From Limosilactobacillus sp. (GTDB lineage Bacteria; Bacillota; Bacilli; Lactobacillales; Lactobacillaceae), in NCBI RefSeq assembly GCF_030530845.1, contig NZ_JAUMUE010000001.1: a stretch of DNA of 64,000 bases; one strand, written 5' to 3'. This document shows, one piece after another, positions 30,484 through 40,194 of the stretch. Position 1 is the stretch's first letter. Each line of letters opens with the position of its first letter. A model generated the notes under the pieces. It was not told where the DNA came from. It saw only the letters and a program-made list of their open reading frames with translations, and ran no database searches. The translations under genes and the position numbers were made by a program.

Positions 30484-32211
30484 GTGAGCTGGAAAGATAC
30501 CTACCAAGTTTGGAAAGAACGCACGGACCTCGATCCAACACTGATGCAACAATTAGAAGCAATGAGCGATGACAAGGAGATTGAAGACGCCTTTTACGGC
30601 CCATTGTCATTTGGTACTGCCGGTATGCGGGGCTTGATGGGTCCTGGTATCAACCGGATGAACGTCTACACCGTTCGTCAAGCTACTGAAGGACTTGCTA
30701 CCTTGATGGAATCACTCGGTGACGATGTGAAGAAGCGCGGGGTTGCGATTGGTTTTGATTCCCGTCACAACTCCCACTTGTTTGCACACGATGCAGCCCG
30801 TGTTCTTGGTGCTCACGGCATTCAAGTCTACATTTATGACAACGTTCGTCCAACACCTGAATTATCATTTGCCGTTCGTTACAACCATGCCTATGCTGGG
30901 ATTATGATTACTGCTAGTCACAACCCAATGGAATACAACGGTTACAAGATCTACGGTGAAGATGGTGGACAAATGGCACCTAAGGAATCAGACATGATGA
31001 CTGGTTACATCCGCAAGATTGAAGACATTTTCGACATCAAGTTGGCTGACGAACAAGAAATGCTCAACAGTGGCCTCGAAGTTGTGATGGGTGAAGACGT
31101 TGACCACGCTTACCTCCAACTCGCTAAGGAAGTTACTGTTAACCCAGAACTTGCCAAGGAATACGGTAAGGACATGAAGTTCGTCTTCTCACCACTCTGC
31201 GGTACTGGTCGGATGCTCGGTGAACGTGCACTCCGCCAAGCTGGTTTTATCAACTTCGAAATCGAACCAACTGAAGCCCAACCAAATGGTGATTTCCCTG
31301 GCTTAAAGAATCCTAACCCAGAATTCCCAGAAGCCTTTGTACGTTCAATCGCCCTCGGTAAGAAGGTTGACGCCGACGTATTGATTGCCACCGACCCAGA
31401 TGCTGACCGCCTTGGTTGTGCAGTTCGTCAACCAAACGGCGAATACCAACTCTTGACTGGTAACCAAATCGCATCAATCATGCTGGCCTACATCTTAGAA
31501 GCCCGCAAGCAAGCCGGTACTCTTCCAAAGAACGCCGCTGCTGTGAAGTCCATTGTTTCAACTAACTTTGCTGGCAAGATCGCCGAAAGTTACGGTGTCA
31601 CAATGATCAACGTGCTGACTGGTTTCAAGTGGATCGCTGACCAAATTCACCAATACGAAACTGGCAAGGCTGATCACACATTCATGTTTGGTTTTGAAGA
31701 AAGTTACGGTTACCTGATCAAACCATTCGTTCGTGACAAGGATGCCATCCAAACATTAACCCTCTTGGCTGAAGTTGCTGCATACTACCGCAGTCGTCAA
31801 ATGACCCTGTACGATGGTTTGCAAGAACTCTTCAAGAAGTATGGTTACTTCCGTGAAAAGACCATTGCCAACACTTACGCCGGGGTTGATGGTCCTGCCA
31901 AGATCCAAGGCTTGATGAAGAAGTTCAGAGAAGAAGCACCTGCTGACTTTGCTGGTCACAAGATTGCCTACACCGAAGACTTCTCCAAGGGTACTAAGAC
32001 CAGTGCTGATGGCCAAGTAAGCGAGTTAGGTATTCCTGAATCAAACGTATTGCGTTACGTTCTTGAAGACGAAACCTGGATTGCTATCCGTCCATCAGGT
32101 ACTGAACCTAAGCTCAAGTACTACATTGGTACTAGCGCAGATACCTTAGATAACGCCAATGCTAAGTTAGCCGAATTTGAAAAGGCCCTCCAAGCATTCG
32201 CTGAAGAATAA
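30484..32211 (+). CDS. pgm: phosphoglucomutase (alpha-D-phosphohexomutase family)
   Basis: 575 aa with the TASHNP phosphoserine loop and the GEESYG-like motif FGFEESYGY. GTG start follows AAGGAG. Confidence 0.9.
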   Translation: MSWKDTYQVWKERTDLDPTLMQQLEAMSDDKEIEDAFYGPLSFGTAGMRGLMGPGINRMNVYTVRQATEGLATLMESLGDDVKKRGVAIGFDSRHNSHLFAHDAARVLGAHGIQVYIYDNVRPTPELSFAVRYNHAYAGIMITASHNPMEYNGYKIYGEDGGQMAPKESDMMTGYIRKIEDIFDIKLADEQEMLNSGLEVVMGEDVDHAYLQLAKEVTVNPELAKEYGKDMKFVFSPLCGTGRMLGERALRQAGFINFEIEPTEAQPNGDFPGLKNPNPEFPEAFVRSIALGKKVDADVLIATDPDADRLGCAVRQPNGEYQLLTGNQIASIMLAYILEARKQAGTLPKNAAAVKSIVSTNFAGKIAESYGVTMINVLTGFKWIADQIHQYETGKADHTFMFGFEESYGYLIKPFVRDKDAIQTLTLLAEVAAYYRSRQMTLYDGLQELFKKYGYFREKTIANTYAGVDGPAKIQGLMKKFREEAPADFAGHKIAYTEDFSKGTKTSADGQVSELGIPESNVLRYVLEDETWIAIRPSGTEPKLKYYIGTSADTLDNANAKLAEFEKALQAFAEE

Positions 32212-32260
32212 GATTAAATTTTACTGCCTGCTCATGATTTCATGGGCGGGCTTTTTATAT

Positions 32261-32274
32261 AGAACAGCGGTTCG
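32261..32274 (+). promoter_or_regulatory. LexA (Cheo/SOS) box upstream of uvrBA
   Basis: AGAACAGCGGTTCG contains the GAAC-N4-GTTC core. Confidence 0.6.
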
Positions 32275-32284
32275 GATTAATAGA

Positions 32285-32298
32285 CGAATGCATGTTTG
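32285..32298 (+). promoter_or_regulatory. second, degenerate LexA-like box
   Basis: CGAATGCATGTTTG compared with CGAACRNRYGTTYC (2-3 mismatches). Confidence 0.4.
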
Positions 32299-32394
32299 CA
32301 TGATAAACTAAAATGTGATTTAAAACGGAGAATAACGGCGTGAAAAAGACTGTCAGAGCGCCGATTTGCAAATTTATATTAGGGAGGATTTAAC

Positions 32395-34440
32395 GTGATT
32401 TATCGTCAACCAGATAAGAAATTCGACCTTGTTTCAGACTACAAGCCGACCGGTGACCAGCCTGAAGCGATTGACCAATTGACTAAGGGGATCGAGGACG
32501 GTGATAAGGCCCAAATCCTCCTTGGTGCGACTGGGACGGGTAAGACGTTCACGATTTCCAACGTGATCGCCAACGTCAATAAGCCTACTTTGATTCTTTC
32601 GCACAACAAGACCTTGGCAGGACAACTCTATGGTGAAATGAAGAAATTCTTCCCTCACAATGCGGTTGAGTACTTCGTTTCATACTATGACTACTACCAA
32701 CCAGAAGCGTACGTGCCATCAAGCGACACCTACATTGAGAAGGACGCTTCGATTAACGACGAAATTGATAAGCTCCGCCACGCTGCGACCACATCCTTGC
32801 TGGAAAGAAACGACGTGATCGTTGTGGCGTCAGTTTCCAGCATCTTTGGTTTGGGTGACCCCCGTGAATACCAAAATTCCGTTGTCTCACTCCACGTCGG
32901 CCAAGAGATTGAACGTGACAAGCTGCTCCGTGACCTAGTTAATATTCAGTTTGACCGCAACGACATTGACTTCCAGCGTGGTCGGTTCCGTGTGCACGGG
33001 GATGTTGTCGAAATCTTCCCAGCGTCTCGTGACGAACGGGCGCTCCGGATTGAATTTTTCGGTGATGAGATTGACCGGATCAGGGAAGTTGACGCGCTGA
33101 CCGGTGAAGTTCTCGGTGAAAGTGACCGGGTCTCCATTTTCCCAGCGACCCACTTCATGACCTCTGAAGAAGTAATGGACCGGGCGCTGCCACAAATCGA
33201 AGCGGATATGAAGAAGCAGGTCAAAGAGTTCACTGATGAAGGGAAACTCCTGGAAGCAGAACGGATCCAACAGCGGACGACCTACGATATCGAAATGATG
33301 CGGGAAATGGGTTACACCAACGGGATCGAAAACTACTCACGTTACATGGATGGACGTAAGCCGGGCGAACCACCATTTACCCTGCTCGACTTCTTCCCTA
33401 AGGACTTCCTGCTAGTCGTCGATGAATCTCATCAGACGATGCCACAGGTGCGGGGAATGTACAACGGTGACCGGGCAAGAAAGCAGATGCTGATCGACTA
33501 TGGTTTCCGTCTACCAAGTGCCCTCGACAACCGTCCGCTCAAGCTGAATGAATTCGAAGACCGGGTCAACCAGGTCGTATACATGTCCGCCACTCCCGGC
33601 CCATACGAACTCGATGAGACTGACCACATCGCCCAACAGATTATTCGACCAACTGGGCTTTTGGACCCAACGATTGAAGTCCGCCCAGTAATGGGTCAGA
33701 TCGATAATTTGGTCGGTGAAATCAACAAGCGGATTGAAAAGCACGAGCGGGTTTTCGTCACGACCCTTACCAAGAAGATGTCAGAGGACTTGTCAGATTA
33801 CCTCAAGGACCTCGGCTTGAAGGTCAAGTACCTGCATAGTGACATCAAGACTTTGGAACGGACGCAGATCATCCGTGACCTCCGACTGGGCAAGTTTGAT
33901 GTCCTGGTCGGGATCAACCTCTTGCGGGAAGGTCTGGACGTGCCGGAAGTTTCACTGGTAGCGATCCTGGATGCCGACAAGGAAGGGTTCTTGCGGAATG
34001 AACGTTCCCTGATCCAGACAATTGGTCGTGCGGCCCGGAACGAAAATGGTGCGGTCATCATGTACGCCGACACCATCACGGACTCCATGCAAAAGGCGAT
34101 TGACGAAACCAAGCGTCGTCGTGCAATCCAAATGAAGTACAACGAAGAACACGGAATCACGCCACATACGATTGTGAAGCCAATTCAAGAAGCAATTTCT
34201 GCAACCAAGAAGACCGAAGATACTGGTGAAAAGGTTGAAAGCACCGAATTTACTAGTCAGGACTTCGCTAAGTTGAAGAAGAGCGAACAAGAGACGATGA
34301 TCGCTGAGCTGACCGAGCAAATGGCAGCCGCAGCCAAGCGTCTCGACTTCGAACAGGCGGCCACTCTGCGTGATACCGTAATGGAATTAAAGGCCCAGAT
34401 GACTGGTAAGAAGACCAAGCCTGGGCGCAAAGTAAAGTAG
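32395..34440 (+). CDS. uvrB: excinuclease ABC subunit B
   Basis: [13 protein letters not shown], helicase C domain, and C-terminal UVR domain (FEQAATLRD). Confidence 0.97.
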   Translation: MIYRQPDKKFDLVSDYKPTGDQPEAIDQLTKGIEDGDKAQILLGATGTGKTFTISNVIANVNKPTLILSHNKTLAGQLYGEMKKFFPHNAVEYFVSYYDYYQPEAYVPSSDTYIEKDASINDEIDKLRHAATTSLLERNDVIVVASVSSIFGLGDPREYQNSVVSLHVGQEIERDKLLRDLVNIQFDRNDIDFQRGRFRVHGDVVEIFPASRDERALRIEFFGDEIDRIREVDALTGEVLGESDRVSIFPATHFMTSEEVMDRALPQIEADMKKQVKEFTDEGKLLEAERIQQRTTYDIEMMREMGYTNGIENYSRYMDGRKPGEPPFTLLDFFPKDFLLVVDESHQTMPQVRGMYNGDRARKQMLIDYGFRLPSALDNRPLKLNEFEDRVNQVVYMSATPGPYELDETDHIAQQIIRPTGLLDPTIEVRPVMGQIDNLVGEINKRIEKHERVFVTTLTKKMSEDLSDYLKDLGLKVKYLHSDIKTLERTQIIRDLRLGKFDVLVGINLLREGLDVPEVSLVAILDADKEGFLRNERSLIQTIGRAARNENGAVIMYADTITDSMQKAIDETKRRRAIQMKYNEEHGITPHTIVKPIQEAISATKKTEDTGEKVESTEFTSQDFAKLKKSEQETMIAELTEQMAAAAKRLDFEQAATLRDTVMELKAQMTGKKTKPGRKVK

Positions 34441-34452
34441 AGGAGGGTTATT

Positions 34453-37302
34453 GTGGCAAACGATAAAATCATCATTCATGGCGCGCGTGCCCACAACTTG
34501 AAGAATATCGACGTGACGATCCCAAAGAACAAGCTGGTCGTCATCACCGGTCTGTCTGGTTCAGGGAAGAGTTCGCTGGCCTTTGACACCCTGTATGCGG
34601 AAGGACAACGACGCTACGTGGAAAGCCTGTCTGCATACGCTCGTCAATTTCTGGGACAAATGGACAAGCCAGACGTTGATTCGATCGACGGGCTTTCACC
34701 AGCGATCTCAATCGACCAGAAGACAACCTCACACAATCCACGTTCAACAGTGGGGACTGTAACCGAAATTAACGACTTCCTCCGTCTCTTATGGGCACGG
34801 GTCGGAACACCAATTTGTCCTAACGACAACATTCCGATCACCAGCCAATCTGCGGAACAGATGGTTGACCGGGTCTTAGAATTGCCGGAACGGACACGCC
34901 TGCAGATCCTTTCACCAGTAGTCCGTGCCAAAAAGGGGACCCAGAAGAAGGTTCTCGACATGATCAAGCGGGAAGGATTCGTCCGCGTCCAAGTTGACGG
35001 TGAAACCTACGACCTGGATGACGTGCCTGAATTGAACAAGAACCAGGAACACACGATTAACGTTGTCATTGATCGGATCATTATCAAGGACGGTATTCGT
35101 TCACGGCTCTTTGACTCATTCGAAGCCGCTCTTCGTCTGAGCTCTGGCTATGCGGTCGCTGACGTAATTGGGGGAGAACCAATTCCATTTTCCGAAAAGT
35201 ATGCCTGCCCAGTCTGTGGTTTTACAGTTGGTGAATTAGAACCACGTCTCTTCTCATTCAATGCGCCAATGGGGGCCTGTTCAGTCTGTGAAGGGCTCGG
35301 TACCAACATTGAAGTCGACATTGATTTAGTACTGCCAGATCGGACGAAGACTTTGAACGAAGGCGCACTGGAACCATGGAACCCAATTTCATCACAGTAC
35401 TACCCAGAACTTCTGGAACAATTCTGTGAATCTGCGGGTATTGACATGGACACGCCATTTAACAAACTGCCAAAGAAACAGCAACAACAAATCCTCTACG
35501 GTAACGGCGACAAGACCTTCCACTTCCACTACGAAAACGACTTTGGTGGGGTTCGTGACGTCGATGTGCCATTCGAAGGTATCATCAATAACATCAGCCG
35601 TCGTTACAAGGAGACCAACTCTGACTTTACCCGTGAACAAATGCGGAAGTACATGACTGAACTTCCTTGTCCTGCCTGCCACGGCTACCGTCTGAACGAG
35701 CGGGCACTGGCGGTTAAGATCAACGGTGAAAACATTGGACAAGTTTCTGACCTGCCAATCAGTTCTGCCATTGACTTCTTCAACCACGTGGAGTTGTCTG
35801 AACAGAACGAACAAATTGCCAAGCCGATCATGAAAGAAATCCTTGACCGGCTCACCTTCATGAAGAACGTCGGGGTGGAATACCTGACACTTTCACGTTC
35901 TGCGCGGACACTGTCTGGTGGTGAAGCACAGCGGATTCGTTTGGCAACTCAAATCGGATCCAACCTGTCTGGGGTGATGTACGTTCTCGATGAACCATCA
36001 ATTGGTCTCCACCAACGTGATAATGACCGCCTGATCGCCTCTCTTAAGGCCATGCGTGACCTTGGCAACACCTTGATCGTGGTTGAACACGATGAAGATA
36101 CGATGCTGGCGGCTGACTACATTATCGATATCGGTCCAGGTGCCGGTGCAAATGGTGGTCAGGTGATGGCAGCCGGTACGCCAAAGCAAGTGATGCGTTC
36201 ACGCAAGTCCTTGACCGGTCAATACCTCTCCGGCAAGAAGACAATCCCAGTACCAGCCGAACGTCGCCAGGGCAATGGCTTCCAACTCAAGATCAAGGGT
36301 GCCGAAGCCAACAATCTCAAGAAGATCGATGTCGATTTTCCTCTCGGTAAGTTTATCTGTGTCACCGGAGTATCGGGTTCGGGTAAATCAACACTGGTCA
36401 ACATGATTTTGAAGCGGGTGCTGGCCCAAAAGCTCAACAACAATTCCGAAAAGCCCGGCAAGTACGGCTCGGTTTCTGGAATCAAGAACGTTGAAAAGGT
36501 GATCGACATCGACCAATCACCAATCGGCCGGACGCCACGTTCCAATCCTGCAACCTACACCGGTGTCTTCGATGATATCCGCGATCTGTTCGCCCAAACT
36601 AATCAGGCAAAGGTCCGTGGATACAGCAAAGGACGTTTCAGTTTTAACGTCAAGGGAGGACGATGTGAAGCTTGTCGCGGAGATGGAATTCTCAAGATCG
36701 AGATGAACTTCCTTCCAGATGTTTACGTCCCATGTGAAGTTTGTCATGGGACCCGCTACAATTCCGAAACGCTGGAAGTGGAATACAAGGGCAAGAACAT
36801 CGCTGACGTACTCAACATGACCGTGTCTGAGGCTCTCGACTTCTTCTCTGCAATTCCAAAGATTCGTCGGAAGTTGCAAACAATTGAAGATGTTGGCCTC
36901 GGTTACGTCACACTCGGTCAACCGGCGACGACCCTGTCCGGTGGTGAAGCGCAACGGATGAAGTTGGCTTCTGAATTGCACCGGCAATCCCACGGTAAGA
37001 CTTTCTACATCCTGGACGAACCAACGACTGGTCTGCACATGGACGATATCAAGCGACTCTTGGAAGTTCTCCAACGTCTGGTCGATGCGGGGAACACTGT
37101 CCTGGTTATCGAACACGACCTGGATGTTGTTAAGTCGGCGGACTGGTTAATTGACCTGGGTCCAGAAGGCGGGGATGCTGGTGGATCTGTTGTGGCTACT
37201 GGTACTCCAGAAGACGTCGCAAAGGTCAAAGAATCCTACACCGGTAAGTATTTGAAGCAGATGCTTGACCGTGATGCGGCTCGCCAAGCTGAAAAAAAGT
37301 AA
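34453..37302 (+). CDS. uvrA: excinuclease ABC subunit A
   Basis: 949 aa with two ABC modules ([18 protein letters not shown]) and zinc-finger Cys clusters. Confidence 0.97.
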   Translation: MANDKIIIHGARAHNLKNIDVTIPKNKLVVITGLSGSGKSSLAFDTLYAEGQRRYVESLSAYARQFLGQMDKPDVDSIDGLSPAISIDQKTTSHNPRSTVGTVTEINDFLRLLWARVGTPICPNDNIPITSQSAEQMVDRVLELPERTRLQILSPVVRAKKGTQKKVLDMIKREGFVRVQVDGETYDLDDVPELNKNQEHTINVVIDRIIIKDGIRSRLFDSFEAALRLSSGYAVADVIGGEPIPFSEKYACPVCGFTVGELEPRLFSFNAPMGACSVCEGLGTNIEVDIDLVLPDRTKTLNEGALEPWNPISSQYYPELLEQFCESAGIDMDTPFNKLPKKQQQQILYGNGDKTFHFHYENDFGGVRDVDVPFEGIINNISRRYKETNSDFTREQMRKYMTELPCPACHGYRLNERALAVKINGENIGQVSDLPISSAIDFFNHVELSEQNEQIAKPIMKEILDRLTFMKNVGVEYLTLSRSARTLSGGEAQRIRLATQIGSNLSGVMYVLDEPSIGLHQRDNDRLIASLKAMRDLGNTLIVVEHDEDTMLAADYIIDIGPGAGANGGQVMAAGTPKQVMRSRKSLTGQYLSGKKTIPVPAERRQGNGFQLKIKGAEANNLKKIDVDFPLGKFICVTGVSGSGKSTLVNMILKRVLAQKLNNNSEKPGKYGSVSGIKNVEKVIDIDQSPIGRTPRSNPATYTGVFDDIRDLFAQTNQAKVRGYSKGRFSFNVKGGRCEACRGDGILKIEMNFLPDVYVPCEVCHGTRYNSETLEVEYKGKNIADVLNMTVSEALDFFSAIPKIRRKLQTIEDVGLGYVTLGQPATTLSGGEAQRMKLASELHRQSHGKTFYILDEPTTGLHMDDIKRLLEVLQRLVDAGNTVLVIEHDLDVVKSADWLIDLGPEGGDAGGSVVATGTPEDVAKVKESYTGKYLKQMLDRDAARQAEKK

Positions 37303-37311
37303 TAAAAGTGT

Positions 37312-37340
37312 TTGACAGCTAACAAAATGTAAGCTATTAT
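37312..37340 (+). promoter_or_regulatory. sigma-A promoter of the Cys-leader / cystine operon
   Basis: TTGACA (37312-17), 17-nt spacer, TATTAT (37335-40). It starts 10 nt after the uvrA stop. Confidence 0.7.
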
Positions 37341-37371
37341 GATTAGGAATTAAAAGTTAGGAGAAATTCAA

Positions 37372-37455
37372 ATGTTTAACACCAAAAACATCAAGGCTAA
37401 CACTTGTTGTTGTGGATCGCGCCTTCTGCGACCCACGTTTTGGTGTGCTCATTAA
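37372..37455 (+). CDS. 27-codon Cys-rich leader peptide (MFNTKNIKANTCCCGSRLLRPTFWCAH)
   Basis: AGGAG (37359-63) lies 8 nt before the ATG. Three consecutive TGT codons at 37405-13 plus a fourth TGT at 37444-46. The ORF lies between a promoter and a terminator. Confidence 0.65.
   Translation: MFNTKNIKANTCCCGSRLLRPTFWCAH
37413..37425 (+). promoter_or_regulatory. candidate anti-terminator segment (mimic of the terminator 3' arm)
   Basis: TGGATCGCGCCTT compared with the terminator 3' arm TGGATTTGCGCCTT (37514-27). It is complementary to AGGCGC...TCCA of the terminator 5' arm. Confidence 0.5.
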
Positions 37456-37495
37456 TAATTGAGTTCCAAATAACGATAAAATCAGGGTAGTGTTA

Positions 37496-37534
37496 GGCGC
37501 AAATTCATTTAAATGGATTTGCGCCTTTTTGTTT
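37496..37534 (+). terminator. leader (attenuator) intrinsic terminator
   Basis: GGCGCAAATTCATTT / AAATGGATTTGCGCC followed by TTTTTGTTTG. It ends 27 nt before the cgl-like ATG. Confidence 0.85.
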
Positions 37535-37561
37535 GCAATTTTAATTCAAAGGAGAATCATC

Positions 37562-38704
37562 ATGAAATTTAATACTCAATTAATTCACGGCGGTAACGGC
37601 GAGGATCCAACAACTGGAGCAGTTTCTACTCCAATTTATCGGTCATCAACCTTTCACCAACGCACACTTGGGGGACAACCTAAGTGGGAATATGCGCGGA
37701 CAGGTAATCCTACTCGGTCAGCTCTGGAAAGCTTAATGGCAGATTTGGAACACGGTGTTGCCGGATTTGCTTTCGCTTCTGGATCAGCTGCTATCCACAC
37801 AGTGTTCTCACTCTTCTCAAGCGGTGACCACTTTGTTGTTGGAAGTGACGTCTATGGTGGAACGTTCCGCTTGATTAATAAAGTTTTGAAGCGGTTTGGC
37901 CTCGAATTTACCGTTGTTGATATGCAAGATTTAGAAGCAGTGGAAAATGCCATTCAAGAAAATACGGTGGCAGTTTACTTTGAAACACCAACCAACCCAC
38001 TCTTACAAATTGCGGACATTCAAGCAATTGCTGAAATCGCAAGTCGCCACGGTATTAAGACGATCGTTGATAACACCTTTGCAACACCTTATAACCAACA
38101 ACCTTTGACGCTCGGTGCAGACATCGTTGTTCACTCAGCAACTAAGTACCTCGGTGGCCATAGCGATGTCGTTGCAGGATTAGCTGTTACTAATGATAAC
38201 GAGATCGCTGAACAACTCGGATTCTTGCAAAACTCAATCGGTGGAGTGCTCGGACCTGATGATAGCTGGTTGGTACAACGTGGTATCAAGACGCTCGGTG
38301 CACGGATGCGGATCCACCAAGAAAATGCTGATGCAGTGATTGAAACACTCTTAAACGATGAACACATTGGCAAGATCTACTACCCAGGATTGGATGATTT
38401 TCCAGGTCACGATGTTGCAGCTAAGCAAATGCGCAATTTCGGTGCGATGATCTCATTTGAATTAAAGGATGGATTGGACGCAAAGAAGTTTGTTGAAAGC
38501 CTGCAAATAATTGATTTGGCAGAAAGCTTAGGTGGAATCGAAAGCTTGATTGAAGTTCCTGCCGTCATGACTCACGGTGCCATCCCACGTGAAATTCGAA
38601 TTGAAAACGGAATTAAAGATGAGTTAATTCGTTTGTCAGTTGGGATTGAGGACGCAGAAGACTTGATTGCTGACCTGAAGCAAGCCTTAGCTCAGTTGGA
38701 CTAA
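37562..38704 (+). CDS. Cys/Met-metabolism PLP enzyme (cystathionine gamma-lyase / beta-lyase family)
   Basis: 380 aa with LIHGG..., TPIYRSSTF, and SATKYLGGHSD (PLP lysine). GGAGAA RBS precedes ATG 37562. The track ORF from 37490 runs through the terminator. Confidence 0.88.
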   Translation: MKFNTQLIHGGNGEDPTTGAVSTPIYRSSTFHQRTLGGQPKWEYARTGNPTRSALESLMADLEHGVAGFAFASGSAAIHTVFSLFSSGDHFVVGSDVYGGTFRLINKVLKRFGLEFTVVDMQDLEAVENAIQENTVAVYFETPTNPLLQIADIQAIAEIASRHGIKTIVDNTFATPYNQQPLTLGADIVVHSATKYLGGHSDVVAGLAVTNDNEIAEQLGFLQNSIGGVLGPDDSWLVQRGIKTLGARMRIHQENADAVIETLLNDEHIGKIYYPGLDDFPGHDVAAKQMRNFGAMISFELKDGLDAKKFVESLQIIDLAESLGGIESLIEVPAVMTHGAIPREIRIENGIKDELIRLSVGIEDAEDLIADLKQALAQLD

Positions 38705-38720
38705 AAAGGAGTAATTACCT

Positions 38721-39416
38721 ATGTGGAATTTAATTCAGACCTCACTGCCGCAGTTGCTAGCGGCCGCCTTTCAATACACGGTACCGTTAGCCTTAATCTC
38801 GTTCTTCTTTGGATTATTAATCGCCCTTGCAACAGCTTTGATCCGCTCATCAAAGCAAGGAGGAGCGTTTAAGATCGTTAAGTGGATCTTTAGTTTCTAT
38901 GTCTGGCTGTTCCGGTCAACGCCGCTTCTTGTTCAACTCTTCATCGTCTTCTTCGGTTTACCATACTTGAAGATCTCAGGAGTTTTTCCAGATGGGATCA
39001 AGTTGGACCCATTCGTAGCGGGTGTAATCACATTTTCGTTGAATACTGGTGCATACGCTTCGGAAACGATTCGAGCTTCAATTAGTGCAGTTCCTGAAGG
39101 CCAATGGGAGGCTGGGGCAGCGATCGGTATGACTAAGTACCAAGTGGTAAGAAGAATTATCTTGCCACAAGCTCTGCGGGTTGCGATTCCACCTCTATCA
39201 AATTCGTTTATTAGTTTGGTCAAGGATACGTCACTGGCAGCTTCGATCACGATTGTCGAAATGTTTGAAGTCAGCCAACAGATTGCGGCACAAAACTACC
39301 AGCCAATGGTTATGTATACACTGGTCGCCGCAATTTACGCAGTCATCACAACTGTACTGACCTACCTGCAAGGATATCTGGAAAAGGTCACAAACAAGCA
39401 CATCACTACCCCTTAA
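38721..39416 (+). CDS. polar amino-acid (cystine-type) ABC transporter permease
   Basis: 231 aa. HisM/TcyB-like EAA loop (GAYASETIRASISAVPEGQWEAGAAIGM). Confidence 0.88.
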   Translation: MWNLIQTSLPQLLAAAFQYTVPLALISFFFGLLIALATALIRSSKQGGAFKIVKWIFSFYVWLFRSTPLLVQLFIVFFGLPYLKISGVFPDGIKLDPFVAGVITFSLNTGAYASETIRASISAVPEGQWEAGAAIGMTKYQVVRRIILPQALRVAIPPLSNSFISLVKDTSLAASITIVEMFEVSQQIAAQNYQPMVMYTLVAAIYAVITTVLTYLQGYLEKVTNKHITTP

Positions 39417-39428
39417 GGAGGGATCAAA

Positions 39429-40178
39429 ATGAAATTAACCAATATTACTAAAACTTACGGTGAAAAGAACGTCTTGCATGACATCTCTTTAGAATTTCCT
39501 GCTGGGAAGACAACGGTGCTGGTTGGACCTTCCGGATCGGGTAAGTCGACAATCTTACGTTCCTTAAACATGTTGGTAAAACCAGAAAGTGGGCTTCTGG
39601 AAATCAATGACCAACAATTTGATTTTGGGAAAACAATCACTGGAAAAGACCAACTCTTTATTAGAAAAGAGACGGGGATGGTCTTCCAAGATTACAACCT
39701 CTTTCCACATATGACAGTGCTTGGAAATATCATCGAAGGTCCAGTTCAGGTATTAAAACAATCACGGGAAGAAGCGGAAACCCACGCAAGAGAATTACTG
39801 GAAAAGGTTGGCCTGGCAGAGTTTGCAGATGCCTACCCAAATTCACTTTCAGGTGGTCAAGCTCAGCGGGTCGCAATTGCACGGGCACTTGCGATGTCAC
39901 CTGAATATATTTTGTTAGATGAGCCAACCTCAGCGCTTGATCCAGAATTGGAATTAAGTGTGTTGAAAGTACTCCTTCAACTGGCAAAAGAACAACAGTC
40001 AATGGTCGTTGTTACCCATAACATGGCCTTTGCAAAACAAGTCGCTGACAAGATTGTCTTTGTTGAAGACGGTCAAATTCTTTATGACGGTAGTCCGGAA
40101 GAATTCTTCGCTGCCGATAACTCAAATCAACGGATTAAAAACTTTATCGCATCAATGACAATGGAAAATTTGAACTAA
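39429..40178 (+). CDS. polar amino-acid ABC transporter ATP-binding protein
   Basis: [24 protein letters not shown], and LLDEPTSALD motifs. Confidence 0.92.
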   Translation: MKLTNITKTYGEKNVLHDISLEFPAGKTTVLVGPSGSGKSTILRSLNMLVKPESGLLEINDQQFDFGKTITGKDQLFIRKETGMVFQDYNLFPHMTVLGNIIEGPVQVLKQSREEAETHARELLEKVGLAEFADAYPNSLSGGQAQRVAIARALAMSPEYILLDEPTSALDPELELSVLKVLLQLAKEQQSMVVVTHNMAFAKQVADKIVFVEDGQILYDGSPEEFFAADNSNQRIKNFIASMTMENLN

Positions 40179-40194
40179 AAAGGAGATCATTATT

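Noticed and set aside
36517-37116. 199-aa minus-strand ORF
   Set aside because: It is antisense inside uvrA. Long antisense frames are common in moderately GC-rich, codon-biased genes.
37372-37455. Cys-rich 27-aa peptide as a RiPP/bacteriocin or metal-binding peptide precursor
   Set aside because: There are no modification, immunity or export genes nearby. Its position between a promoter and a read-through-dependent terminator, with a terminator-arm mimic inside it, fits a regulatory leader much better.
37490-37561. N-terminal extensions of track ORFs (37490, and likewise 4475, 41923, 50908, 58664, 60488, 29413, 18329)
   Set aside because: The extensions run through terminators, promoters or upstream genes and lack an RBS. 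In each case an internal start with a good SD begins the conserved protein.
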